Below, one piece after another: positions 61,001 through 64,000 of a stretch of DNA of 64,000 nucleotides. Position 1 is the first letter of the stretch. Every line of letters starts with the position of its first letter. The notes under the pieces were generated by a model. It was not told the DNA's origin. It saw nothing but the letters and a program-made list of their open reading frames with translations, and searched no databases. A program made the translations under genes and the position numbers. Source of the DNA: an uncultured Clostridia bacterium (GTDB lineage Bacteria; Bacillota; Clostridia; Christensenellales; DTU072); NCBI GenBank assembly GCA_934274515.1, contig CAKQTC010000010.1, positions 2,625-66,624 on the forward strand, read 5' to 3'.

Positions 61001-64000
61001 ATGCCCGCGTTTAGCGGAATAAGCGTTTCTATGAACCTCGACGCAGGAATAACCAACATTGCGTTAAACGTCAATATGGACGGGAACAACCGGTTCTCGT
61101 TGTCGTTGCCCGAAGAAGGCGGTATCCGCTTAGGGTTCAACCTGACCGACGTGGAAATCAACTCCAAGATAGGCACGATAGACACTGCCGGGTTCGGCGG
61201 ACTTAACGGACTGTTCGTGGGAGCGAGCGGCATCAATGTCGACGTGGAAACGCTTATCGGAAGTTTGCTCGATACGCTCGACGTCAACAACTTGCAACTT
61301 AACCTTGAAAAGAGAACGGACTACTGGGACAGAAGAGACCTGTATTCCTTCTATCCGTACGTCAACGCAAGCGGTCCGACTTACTATGCCGACGACATAA
61401 GCGGTTACGACGGACAAGACGCGCACGCGTTTACCGTCCTATTCAAGGTTATTAAGATAGCGAGAATGATTTACGAACTCGGCAAAGCGATAAAGGCTTT
61501 GGTCGAAATGCTTACGAACTGGGTCAGCAGTTTGTGGAACATTATAAAACTCGTTAAATCGCTTTACAATCTGTATCAACAGTTGAAAGATTTGGTCGGA
61601 GAAGTAACGTTACCGCACGAGCATTTCCCGAAACTGTACCGAAATACGTTCTCGCGAGGGCGACTTGCGATTAATCGAACGGCAAACAACGTGCTGGGAT
61701 TGGCGTTGACCGTACCTTCGGGTAAGAGTACGGCGGTTAAGGCGTATATAGAAGACGCTACGCTGCTTCTAGACATATCGCTCGACTTTACGATAGACTT
61801 GCTTGGCATAATCAAACTCGATATGAGTACGATTATCGACAAAGCGCTCGGGTTCATTAGCGGACCTATGGGCAACGACGGCGGATTCGAAACCACCGAC
61901 GCCGTTCCGCTCAAAATGCTTGCGATTTGCCCCGAATGGATAATGACGCTTATCGACGACAAGAGCGTGGAAAATACTTCCGGTTATTACGGACGTATTT
62001 ACGGCAGACTTACCGATCAATACGACCAACCCGTTAAAGACGCAACCGTTACTTACGTCACCGACAGCGCGGAATACGTCGTTAAGTCCGACAAAGACGG
62101 ATACTACTACTTCGTAGAAATTCCGATGACGAAGCACATCAACCCGATGAACAATCCGTATCTCCTCAGCAAAGTAAAAGAAGAGATGAGGAAAGCGCAC
62201 GGCACGGAAGCGCCCGAGATGGGCAAAGCGTGGTACGAAGGCGTCGAATACATTTATCACGACGGATACTACTACGTCAACAGCGACAGAGGAACGCTTA
62301 GTTTCTACGCCGAAGGCTACGCTTCGCCGGCAAACGAAACCGGATTGTTTATTCAACCCGCTCAAACGAGAAGGGCGCTCGTGTTCAACCAAGAACGCAC
62401 GATGTACCGTACGTCGGGTATCAACAGTTCGCTCATTAAGATGAGGGGTTTCGCTTCGCGCTCCACGCTTACCAACGGTACGAGCGCGGGAACGTTTGGC
62501 GGCGCGGATAACAGCGACGCGTACTTGGCGGCAATAAACAAGAACGACGATTTAATCGGCGGCGTAACCGTCAAATACAACGGCGGACTTAAATCCGGCA
62601 CGACGAACATGATAATCGAGGACGAAACTTACGGTATGTTCAACATGTCGTACGAAGTCTATCCCGATTTGCGCGCGTTAGGCGGAGGAAGACAGTTCTT
62701 CGACGTTACGCTCGGCGGATACAAGTGGACGGGCGCGGCAGTTGCGAGAAGAATAAACGTGAACGCGGACGGCTCGACCAACGGGTATTCGCAAGTTAAG
62801 TACTTGCAAGACGCCGACGCCATCGACGAATGGATAGCGAACGTTGCGGCGCTTGCGGCGGATCCCGGCACGGAATCGAAGAAGACCTACAACGTGGAAA
62901 TCTACTTCTTGATGGAATACGAAGCGAGAAATACCGTTACGTTCGTCGGTTCTCTATGCGAATACGTCGAAGCGACGGGATTCTACGTCGGCAATCCGAT
63001 AATCGGCGAATTCTACGAATTCGACTCTTCGACGAACGGTTACAACCGTACCGCGGACGAAATCTTCCAAGCAAACAAGAAGTACTTTACGAAAGTCATA
63101 CCGCTTGCCGACGATTACACGATATGGGTAGCGGTGGCGGACCGTGGCGGCAGCAACTGGAAGACCGTGGGCGTACACAACTATTACGAACTCGAACCCG
63201 ACAATTTCAGCACGTCGGTAGACAAAGAGAACGGAACGTTCAGTATTACGACGAACGCGCTCGCGAAGAACAAAGACTACAAACTCAAAATACGTTCCAA
63301 AAAGTATCAAAACATCGATTTGCGTATGGCAGGAACGGAAAAATACGTATCTTACACCGACGGAAAGAGCAGAACCAAGGCTACGACGTTTGAATACCTC
63401 GAAGGCAGCAACGAGTATATCAACGCGCAGTTCTTCCTCGAACGCAGAGCGGCTCACTGGTCGGATACCTACGTTTCCGAAGACGCGTCCCTTCTCGAAG
63501 GAATGAGAATAAGAATAGGTACGGACGTACTCGACAAGGATTACGTAAGCACGCATAGCGACAGCGATACCTATACTTATCCCGAACTCGAATATCAAAC
63601 GGGCGGAGAGATTATCTATAACAGTTATTCTTACGTTGAAGTATGGCTTAACAGCGGTAAGTTCAACAAGATAATAATGATGGTCAACAACCTGCTGTGG
63701 GGCTTGGACGGAACGATGGAAGTCAATCCCGACGCGTCGCTCACGCCTAAGGATATAAGTATTGCCAACCGTACCGGCAAAGGCGACTTCGACGCGTCGC
63801 AGTACAAAGAACAAGACCTCGCGAAGAACGGCGAAGATTACTACATCGACAGATTCATAAACCTTTACAGAGGGCAATACAACGAAGACGACTTCAAAGT
63901 AGGCGACAAGATTTATCAAAGCGAAGGAGCGTACTTGCAAGCGATAATCAGCGCGAACCAAAAGACGGGTTCCGGACTTATCCACTATCTGATGATGATG
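36929..64000 (+). CDS. Giant lipoprotein gene, at least 9,024 codons; the 3' end lies outside the window; no recognisable family over most of its length
   Basis: I translated frame 2 (position mod 3 = 2) by hand from ATG 36929 to 64000 and met no TAA, TAG or TGA. The supplied track lists no frame-2 + strand ORF anywhere in 36.9-64 kb, as expected if one ORF runs off the window without a stop. All other ORFs here are short off-frame or antisense ORFs with R/F/V-rich low-complexity translations. The promoter, RBS and lipoprotein signal peptide sit at the 5' end. Confidence 0.9.
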   Translation, partial: MSSKTSKLLKIFMILVCVVLALSIVACSKRDPQPDGPVDPGNQEDPSLTPSETMSKADAFARIKKSMTFLDQSLYDDPEWLCIDTFIEFDFHAYEKEGAVYTKKAKKIAEYSLRIKANISLKDNSQSVVLLELSNVFSNQLYVGVYYYGSTTYLVFGQNSKYYAEEINITTVGQKLVSLLKMGTKDETDIVEFIGNALQSNIDIEAVKKFTSLIWMLLFEEDYIADYSTESYTYKALDENGREQTYTVPKYQYIHEYIKADWILGMLKSGKIQIGNFLDLTISWEGFGLPNLDHVLQDTIGFGLEDIIKKNWPSLRFSLDAITEMKEVILPGDKSKGYEYVFNGFGITIDALDGEFDVSLKTTPFLMEVCNEKRSAISLAGKNFGDAGKGTTYTKGSFTNLEANLQLAVNNSSEVDEVLTVKGLAGNIIKLGGIGDIPIVVGGGASYVFDLGVAASINLFDNSQNYAKARLGYNGREVFAVYLVPDLGNTIVGKEAKVLNTLFFDFHNLKSGGTEFLPNTKLSKIDLTKSLSGLIGEEIMKYIDPYRGDTSASRNPTASNASSVVITEPTGMDVMKLIELLISEKKEPDADGRYKYLRLPKKGKSTKLEISLDNYAINTIAAMFVGGMTLVEEDDGSLHYENGIGIKRVSVGLDFANPLSSIRVAADVTDDVTLKVGIGSDKEGGGYNTGISYFKMPEFDFSAVGLNKYLKAESKEEAEKLRNEYKELSTTLSYAATVAGNFAIGSEENTSLNLDSIMKYLTENYLSKMGINLGQLLASAKVQSASELRIGYEIQVAASLVDLSSVKAVIDLYFLDKNGNKFEQFGGYPFLELYYVGGTTDTLYINTEVSPDADKNLTQQLHTVLGFTEIIFGNVPRLSVTDTGIAKMLNGKGLDITKILALLGVVGYEKENPSSAAKAIYITKDLLRNADDDSGVEVKPKDNSMLDLIGGMINSVTVKDGALGVIVNRNVFGVVMGLAGLAIKDGLPEVNGSLYVHIGTEFDKDGNGNKIFTDEGGKIYTATATGDKVKDKDGNEYEISSLKLKEKLKDRAFARAHVGIVDYADVEKEFFYLDLTLIDTVNIAKTDVPSFKGPLTTAATEYTSIADWSKNLEVSVNVELMFEVSASEPTTEWDKVNDVLAQLLPSETLANYSALLKTVVVRFYNDYFSNISSNNKKGLNIGIAIKGTIDISDIFASELSVVMFDAAEPDGSGYTASDGLQYKVIVGIYLKDNKAYVDLGYFGMDLLALNDVRNTYKGIRAAQFDALWTETYIEDKTSGKTLFVYAEEGAFMDEAYRQTMLTHFLNNQYSQYKGNVVSTSGKGYYETEFPISDYKYFVWNERILQAQEEDKDDYSKLYYGDLKQHYNVYVYVKNDIEKVFRTDSGDNTPKLNPGFVRYEVKPNGEIHVYDGRTETSFVTISPVIRDGKSVTLNIVEVENRLRTNSYGESDFDYKLFLSQMKSEAYSGYTDYINRYVTYWNATRKATPSVEATMNAAYISIVAKKKQYYSVAYVNSTDFTTAKSNLSATIVSDMRKLGGYESMTAAQIRATEEYQARYEKAEAQLVQKYVDSKAEAAGINKADNGNMIAYTMLSLLNGKDMANFGVYSETKALNAALKAESEKLAPSNAASIVGPESGNQKSYLTDAGAIALQFVWNKGKLTFELTQEVINAVITGLGYPELGEIININYLGLGIDLNHGVMLEVMVKLGDVYSILLKINKLEASVDPSERDRYAVNVDKFGDVGMPTGIPDSVYVEASVGITLQNVVNNLAAAENKDVTDYDLTDLLNRFLSNSAFKSSELDAFYNEIAERNPDKKDTPEGIVDIKRIAWQQLYDNYRLGETEDQKARRAEMDKVYEATWSDIEKKQKKDDQEYLGITKGSARHYALSWDKLVSGSVKINLNELGVKVIAQLFENINATLFVDAEALVNFNNIYSSTLKVTIKRWLGEKGKDYEVDDENKIVKELTNNEKRRKAETVLTFYYDGSVNTSYSEFRGAIYIDTDIFGIGQVKLEDITVIWTEVFKYFGTDQFGSETIKSVYKFFGLDENGQNPQNAPYRASNASYGASNAAYGEETGKVFNAVQNAAGDTVVYLTGEGVTAKTYLDVMFYKGELGIGVAKSAVLNVLKQLAGIDLTDQLEDKIDFNAAIMLNFSDNLGVDVTVNFANDKGGKSAIKIGAGEISLNLNKVPERPDESRFVDIEKLANIGAAIGGYASFELGKMGETLNYDYLFKLLYGAIFDDRDPGIGLRVGIEESDIFAQTNYLEIRANANMMTMSKFDGIELYLTLTSKKNHDIYEELGKEGGWRAIMDEYLDKATTYERRWTLLKNYALSKNDNAGDSSKTEAENLLAGGGKFFFNLMEKIEDEMENLYGAILPEEKYTKFWNELYGRCGDYYMGNVLSLFVTLNQGDESLGQSPIYGKIYLNLAFLGVEPIVLDDVSAFVVAIGKSFGIDYSKLFNKNNKNDETDKPSNAPVALANGATSAMNVLGSFVIGIDTRENKDFIAAEITSAAIYSILAAFGVKDIEQYFGEDPSGGTDNPYYPAYSPNLKVSLFGYNEVDKKYDLLGVQLDLKNMLNLKIAVETPTIDIARGNKRFVIREYAKNEETNKYEEYYTTIDQQWDTTLKLSVDGGLSLGAKDREDNEGKDPKINLGDLLRVFLGDKFNVDVVIDTTQSIWADLHFYIDAKVNVMSIWSLISKDEETGKAPYELLTIPEIIGAAGAEAYIEIVSREKQLDANGNPVKDADGNEIIKGEKVLIGIYLIKERNDNGDEYLSLYVDLGSLNISPISITNLTATGSDIWKSLSKLFGKTEEETAQMKAKNVHDAQLDIFAMYTAMKASEVANGANGANNRYSSISEMSDKSKKLQSTIYGENGDFETLAKRINAGEKPIENAATKASNADGQIMDDFISVVVGNEYGVTVTAVAAVLIKMLDEAFNDEKSISRRAFTALIEKRIADEIEAEKKVLSNISKNMDNLLASLGREDVIVSKSESWAALTAENGNILPAAQKATTKTLYDGIVAKATKDGFSTATTRDEQVLQSIAWDAYYWTINGVSYDDAVKVYPNRAQNSGDGKKYDITLDKFNEYTSLGIKSGDTTLGGLIGGLTDRLKDALTENERVVLTAVEYTEYYYEAAAFDNYVRYLEDMLYVLNRVYDEAKAKNTHPGTNKELYNKQIAYDILTSDNGSRNYTLPAINGGSQTRDFHLDAEDYTLFIGWYDAYLKGYETAGETDAKAKTWQDVVNRYQAAYASVVNTINTVNASAYNLFYGAGVTLDEGVLPFSTARAAGITWYANLKVPVKYSGFDARFSLTFKTYAWEYLVESGWVEKVHETRFISAEMAKITSANKGKDQEAYKNYAWPKYYSDVKTLTEKGEGFGYVLARNCTYVLEEAKQGAEVKYRKDFSDADKDAAGRTTWRLVKLEDDLLNTMDELFVSSRSDVPSVIVDTAGGVGTVQVGLLHANNLVSVHVWLGNLEMGLAFVGAGLYLDEYDLNKSVFIAKKNEGYWQQEERQQLVADYIHELPDGHFAPFDKDFKYVYAKLSLDFDLDADQTSFNLQKLIDVVMADLGINIEIAGNAIGLNLILETLQVISKKFRLEVEARVNLFDLFKGELGTTDLALTLYALEGGGDRKILQIALGSYIDSEDGKAKNFVYVDFSRFNIQRLIIRDAIEYVRDLFGGKAANAFAPYDFDYVGSVPELLGAAMMYGVMKSADEDGVVASNASASGENEKIDIKLSKAGLSTTVASGAIYALLNFFGLPQIEKYVSKAVDLTLGVDIFAVDDDLIGKDFTDADRDLIRLSIALNSLGKDGTTADSTGVRLDFGIHKAEVSLDQRKFVLGADSAANLESKLDLPKNDKGEKLYAEIAEELPNLVLTTTIEVQVKAEEVSRQDFNKAPIKNILDTLTKEGNLSSIIGQIFFEIYDDHDMTLAIDVAADVDLGDGSDKNYLDHIIKGSIVRIQVRAWHTNTSTSEGDVEELKKKVWATLTYYEGALYVDLSALNIQKIKLDDAAGLVFGKGEKAKNAWTEVGEMWKAASTLTTRTNLEATIYGDSDGIYLMIEKAAISSLIGVLGFGSLEVVTDALAELYVEAIKVGGDAISLGLGVNIAIDSKGTIFIDGGESGIKDPNRGNSDIDATFVVHAGVRGIYIGFHNLEDWSPVNSTEYNEVREINVIKLGTQAYLELGNEKGTYELKALIETLLKKLDVNLNLNKELQGIIELLDANDVKFEIAVDLDLGIGTIINDILSGTKSFGDVLPDDIMTLIKALQAKITLNIVREGKANSKIVLALIRGDAYLDLSGLNKTLGKGKIENAIELIGSLIGGEAKKGSYVAEQASNATQALAGLVNALAKAKNGSPAVSDAELNAQYLHFALSGVEGLTVTVIYGAVKSVVRYLLGSESLAEVIDMISLVSNPSASANLGYDVELGLRLIVPSTVFNDNDFNKMNALMEDGKNFFGYGKERVEAFTDEKPFLDPNKDGQGYNYVINANGLTVNKFARAIAEKTLLYKKYTISDTEKANKVNELIRTTFLANGTSVEKLLANYAARYEFYDENACKVALYDYLLIEAYENGKDFETYFGGSTSEDKTVAGKVLKDYLYGNEESGIPKAYGEFEAFMKNVYDVEKDVDQAAYDFVTAYLKGLIVSRDAWLVLIGAEIETVGDGLIIHSKKYDDLYDELLVEAWEEKLTRVDNAIKANESFETEQNKTAFAEAWREKAYMIYSESYAKTTAGERDYRAVAYEELTELLETSATIELSGMRNDDKNTYKSKLWDNAMIYTYCDPSAVAILKGVDEINTEGSDKETAFRKARELMHSITSGIEAYALEALTGSNANGKDMLTGEEEISLAYDLIYDFKSAVAGVKEYFGGNVGDSTRKLLAAIGKSLYEKGYKLAGAGSGGAMSNEDYAKLYEEAYALNKELFAQFIAGETAYTNYMHKSFSEKAWDALIGGLNFEIENTDDFLKAAEAYISGDSVSGTLYESLVRANKKTLMYILENIHYDYWKAKQSIAAQGGSGIDETLFDAFGKTTVAMYATDGMISALTNMISDSFSKEYVYAMALAFLAARKAAPTLAPAFETDGLGVVEPILAGSDDKTFIYAAAYGALAKVATGNASDETKAAAALAKKYYDAFTSSKEFYSDETARLRVDEFAEIAARLYVGATATVKGELELAAYYYGQRSDRITIAGTDMNAEEMKALETLKKANGEGSPERDLKDAAYRRVLRSSSTAEMYEEYLAVRSNFIFEVIYKNSKENREALKSIILVSADADVNNMASAVIGEGTAFTAENIDIYYEIYNEEYSKELGKFIEEVYKESIEKSKDTNESKKSVSPILEKALETLVYKVLYNKLTVKEQAATLIALYREAETLSADINDAQYALIKEFYKEFGEAVSAFATESGNLKDVAEELLKGEGYSNNALLGELTSKEIIDYYNKLIAGLGANLDAKVVEKDKPLVAGTANDKVAGKMYETIKTFLDDDKAFRNNKNETTYKAETVDNQPKQDDLGYDKINKIQKVRDYFIVTHTLSIDNSISFPMYSGTSSIWRMLGIGEMPFRNPIENKNRATKMVLSDGTVVPAAWTTSGGDAQCWIETAYSQEDEFSIEYEYKSEGPDSPDEDEAEAMEAARDEALNAYIKSEAYKAKVAALVAATKAAFRKDVNDLIKFTGMMLGTEPMTTDPSVSIPKFDVVGGASDRTFINLVNAANTAEKLYAYANSAINAMNLWMEEVEEIGESTVDFATFKISALKHFYSYLKPVDNREYYKHYAQTGALGKVLDALKAENNFVPANGSELERLATVRDKIHGYLGELKLNETTEAVSGEKSRELVYKYYVELKTKASAWISYEDVKTTAGRTLAAILTDMAEQVRLLSFEYYAYTVYRLFDRMTDEGKTYSGGKKLKKTEEWYEGISKMKETDQAAVKAIFDKVLYNVTLYTCMDESTTAEKDKETVIEMPFSSSTMYMTKEEMAIFAEILFNMTKEKAKQYYPFDYTLEAYKSFYGATATERETYLARNAEKTIKYVAKIIEEYGADTIGSMAALRSATISAYNKIASEINKLTDGEKYSFVKMFVDAQSKATKAGLTGAEMQISVMCDIISTVYGGRNVSVVYPPNNPGSEMRIAVGTAWTNLKGFMLNGESGATIGGKIRTWYEILFGRENDAGYLRDKDIAFANAYAFNVDVADFKGNNSPYDVLKNRIFVDFKAMYLEVMFPDASAEGIESIQDLLARIDGKSYNATYTDFVKLAKTFVETYDGAVVALETTGKYQAEDIDAYAKIIALRETLCLVYSATSFDFTVYGACTRYALEKLFIEYAANLTEKTLDATDGYKTKYNYGGAKDTTFFDDYLIDVAGRTGNVTTVFDGLKAMSGATKAYGDKLASYVKALFTQTDALKMLYRDLVEVLAPGETSFDIVGYAQNNGYKAASAMVALITAKDYGVSGLTEKLKSVFRTYTAKTDISTYLIYKYDRLASYLAADYDNLYDLLSASSEVSDNKIIKPDADPESELNKKFENARKDSASAVEKAIMLTKIVATIGMSFDDIKDDEARELYIKAYKVLRMTENASEYLRQEEWTSYFGGVSRATLADEFDVLYDAIMKNSTDATFYESITDDKKALINAAREKLAVSANDKEKSKAMFVLVNAIPEGHELNGATANAMVKTAREKFVRLNINDANLFDSLSDNAWRKQYGGLEATYATVTPALELKTLLDSINENPDDESSIKKLLDNLKFTETAKYLDSYIYQLDYDVKAEASEFAQQRELVERAFVKAYNAAANTRYDVVEIDLGLGVEIGKTYVGAEIDPDNYREDVLPFEEQTKFINYDEMQLYFEFGGFFSFGFGAGNADIAQIVNLILGGFNISEIYIEFLKTHIMLGTLNAKIALDVAKALSKDEAQIKQALAAEITLKYALIDNDERGETTRFEQQIISITVYDGSIYLSAEIFDMKLKLRLDFDAMSYLLKLLGIIKETADETPSTATPHLSDINAAISSALNGWSKQTAKEKNTPIGQLANAAASSSGKDVLEALVRIGSDEASLILTVDILLEAFNLLLNDNEATDMLNDIILMIFTSGSAKVEYGKDFGINLNLSKNRTISGDKNTSDNLSYDINLGLFNDTVFYMNSVDKHEDKKDYFSDFTTEIRTRSENGEFDTYFVMGLDLIGMLNGIGAGTGKIDVGSLVTDIIGDRLQMGVTLEMDSEILRTAIDWSKLFSAMGTLSVEPIFLLRVLNSTRGAIRFDINIDLDISKVNFDVSLRAYNNGVNIFNVYELSGTLNTDDTPAFAPKFYCDMGEPRPDWSAEDNNKLANEKYVITAQSLYDFLKINLMEVILDLTGADHDEIIVDRADNAPAFGNDSAVEFKDIDFGKVLQSVTFGQGTLGIRLSEAILNTLIKLINANWEFDDMGNVRLDIDFMRNTVGITVPLDAAVRDADGNILSDSKLKYGIELSNISLHIGEAVDFISVTGKETYSAFKDYKEITKFVWVSEVNSSLGLHNDDENTMVDLTDLTMRFIDGLGIKLQNGESLLDVSLDFVLRTYIDFSDVTNLGFELLINRRGRTLIGITFIGAEREGDVYINLEGLGLPKFYMTGVDLGGKIVEILKKLEDSTSKDEQEKPSNADGSISGGISSGDKTAIEYPDITQAGISANLLLALIDENKFNVAMTGALLLNLLGTLPKIKDISAMIPTFANLQLGYEKDKLSGIKFVYDEGQHFFIDYNFEKSYSYLVPKRDLLDKANKDYDDARSHMVSDADKKDFVNIDNLKNVNLGLTVDMTLVTVNPDGQKSDVVKQLEALLEKLFGMKTGSIDLQFQDAYASITIAAEIIADLTDINNSKLKLEVLYNGETLIGIYYLNKKVYLDMSELGLFQAAVNGIDLAGALNYFLGGKLPIDLDEDKGLDVKGLVTSLIGIRAGEETGTTDKTATSITEKKIETAIAELKKNYETRYKAGEFKDITATEKEAIKNEIKDALKQINADNKNLLSQSEYNKVYDEIIKSIGFRQTGSKINVEQDRKQTAIIAVSLFNDRIEIAPTTKALGNLLGVDMPAFSGISVSMNLDAGITNIALNVNMDGNNRFSLSLPEEGGIRLGFNLTDVEINSKIGTIDTAGFGGLNGLFVGASGINVDVETLIGSLLDTLDVNNLQLNLEKRTDYWDRRDLYSFYPYVNASGPTYYADDISGYDGQDAHAFTVLFKVIKIARMIYELGKAIKALVEMLTNWVSSLWNIIKLVKSLYNLYQQLKDLVGEVTLPHEHFPKLYRNTFSRGRLAINRTANNVLGLALTVPSGKSTAVKAYIEDATLLLDISLDFTIDLLGIIKLDMSTIIDKALGFISGPMGNDGGFETTDAVPLKMLAICPEWIMTLIDDKSVENTSGYYGRIYGRLTDQYDQPVKDATVTYVTDSAEYVVKSDKDGYYYFVEIPMTKHINPMNNPYLLSKVKEEMRKAHGTEAPEMGKAWYEGVEYIYHDGYYYVNSDRGTLSFYAEGYASPANETGLFIQPAQTRRALVFNQERTMYRTSGINSSLIKMRGFASRSTLTNGTSAGTFGGADNSDAYLAAINKNDDLIGGVTVKYNGGLKSGTTNMIIEDETYGMFNMSYEVYPDLRALGGGRQFFDVTLGGYKWTGAAVARRINVNADGSTNGYSQVKYLQDADAIDEWIANVAALAADPGTESKKTYNVEIYFLMEYEARNTVTFVGSLCEYVEATGFYVGNPIIGEFYEFDSSTNGYNRTADEIFQANKKYFTKVIPLADDYTIWVAVADRGGSNWKTVGVHNYYELEPDNFSTSVDKENGTFSITTNALAKNKDYKLKIRSKKYQNIDLRMAGTEKYVSYTDGKSRTKATTFEYLEGSNEYINAQFFLERRAAHWSDTYVSEDASLLEGMRIRIGTDVLDKDYVSTHSDSDTYTYPELEYQTGGEIIYNSYSYVEVWLNSGKFNKIIMMVNNLLWGLDGTMEVNPDASLTPKDISIANRTGKGDFDASQYKEQDLAKNGEDYYIDRFINLYRGQYNEDDFKVGDKIYQSEGAYLQAIISANQKTGSGLIHYLMMM
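61994..62131 (+). other. CarboxypepD_reg-like beta-sandwich domain within the giant protein
   Basis: RIYGRLTDQYDQPVKDATVTYVTDSAEYVVKSDKDGYYYFVEIP matches the G-x-V-x-D-x-x-G-x-P-h-x-x-A-x-V ... T-D-x-x-G-x-Y-x-h signature of carboxypeptidase-regulatory-like domains. Confidence 0.5.

Noticed and set aside
62830-63393. + strand ORF of 187 aa (frame 1) and other short + strand ORFs (37570, 40719, 42760, 44953, 45325, 47058, 48997, 52176, 55668, 55747, 56608).
   Set aside because: They are off-frame overlaps of the giant ORF. Their translations are Arg-rich nonsense, typical of a +1/+2 reading of a GAA/AAA/GCG/ACG-rich gene.
37520-63985. Numerous long minus-strand ORFs over the last 27 kb, for example 41012-42220 (402 aa), 42284-43336 (350 aa), 52313-53416 (367 aa), 54599-55696 (365 aa), 62954-63985 (343 aa), and many of 60-300 aa.
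   Set aside because: They are all antisense to the uninterrupted frame-2 giant ORF. Their translations are low-complexity and R/F/V/S-rich, with no motifs, no RBS and no signal sequences. They tile one another without forming operon-like structure. This is classic shadow-ORF behaviour opposite a strongly codon-biased gene.
36929-64000. Looked for near-identical tandem or dispersed DNA repeats inside the giant gene, which would indicate assembly collapse or expansion or a classic repeat adhesin.
   Set aside because: Reading the sequence showed none. The recurring motif is conserved only at the amino-acid pattern level, with different codons. A dot-plot is still needed to be certain.
1-64000. 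CRISPR arrays, rRNA/tRNA genes, transposases, integrases, phage genes and toxin-antitoxin pairs.
   Set aside because: I found no regularly spaced repeat-spacer arrays, no tRNA-like cloverleaf candidates in the intergenic regions, and no ORF with recombinase, transposase or phage hallmark motifs. Absence is based on visual inspection only.

Overview
This is a bacterial chromosomal window. It most likely comes from a monoderm Bacillota/Clostridia-like organism. That placement is an inference from tilS-hpt synteny, PFOR, GGAGG-type ribosome-binding sites, sigmaA-like TTGACA-17-TATAAT promoters and lipobox lipoproteins.

Positions 1-36.3 kb carry ordinary genes:
- Housekeeping: the htpG 3' part, a metallophosphoesterase, an LMW-PTP, nifJ/PFOR, cca, hpt, tilS, an Fe-ADH, HAD and LOG-like genes.
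- Metal homeostasis: copA, and an arsR-HMA-cadA-like operon.
- Two two-component systems and a polar amino-acid ABC transporter.
- Three large membrane-anchored surface proteins: a 1416-aa dual metallophosphoesterase, a 1050-aa M60-like metallopeptidase and a 496-aa MBG-repeat protein.

The main result is in the last 27 kb. From ATG 36929 to the window edge at 64000, the + strand frame 2 is a single uninterrupted reading frame of 9,024 codons. It is not in the supplied ORF track, evidently because it has no stop codon inside the window. It has a consensus promoter, a GGAGA ribosome-binding site and a lipoprotein signal peptide. I recognise no known family over most of its length. By eye it is built from very divergent beta-rich modules that each end in a recurring hairpin motif (..LIGIYL..x..YVDLs.LnI..I.LdD..), separated by alpha-helical inserts of very different length, the largest about 7 kb. 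A CarboxypepD_reg-like beta-sandwich region lies near the window end. All long minus-strand ORFs listed over this region are antisense shadows.

Secondary observations:
- A C18 homopolymer in the 3' end of a histidine-kinase gene, positioned to change translational coupling with the downstream response regulator.
- A LytS-type 7TMR-DISM kinase paired with a REC-SARP-like regulator.
- A stand-alone promoter-hairpin-terminator unit that is a candidate sRNA.
- Phased direct repeats at the arsR start.

I saw no CRISPR array, rRNA, tRNA or mobile-element gene.
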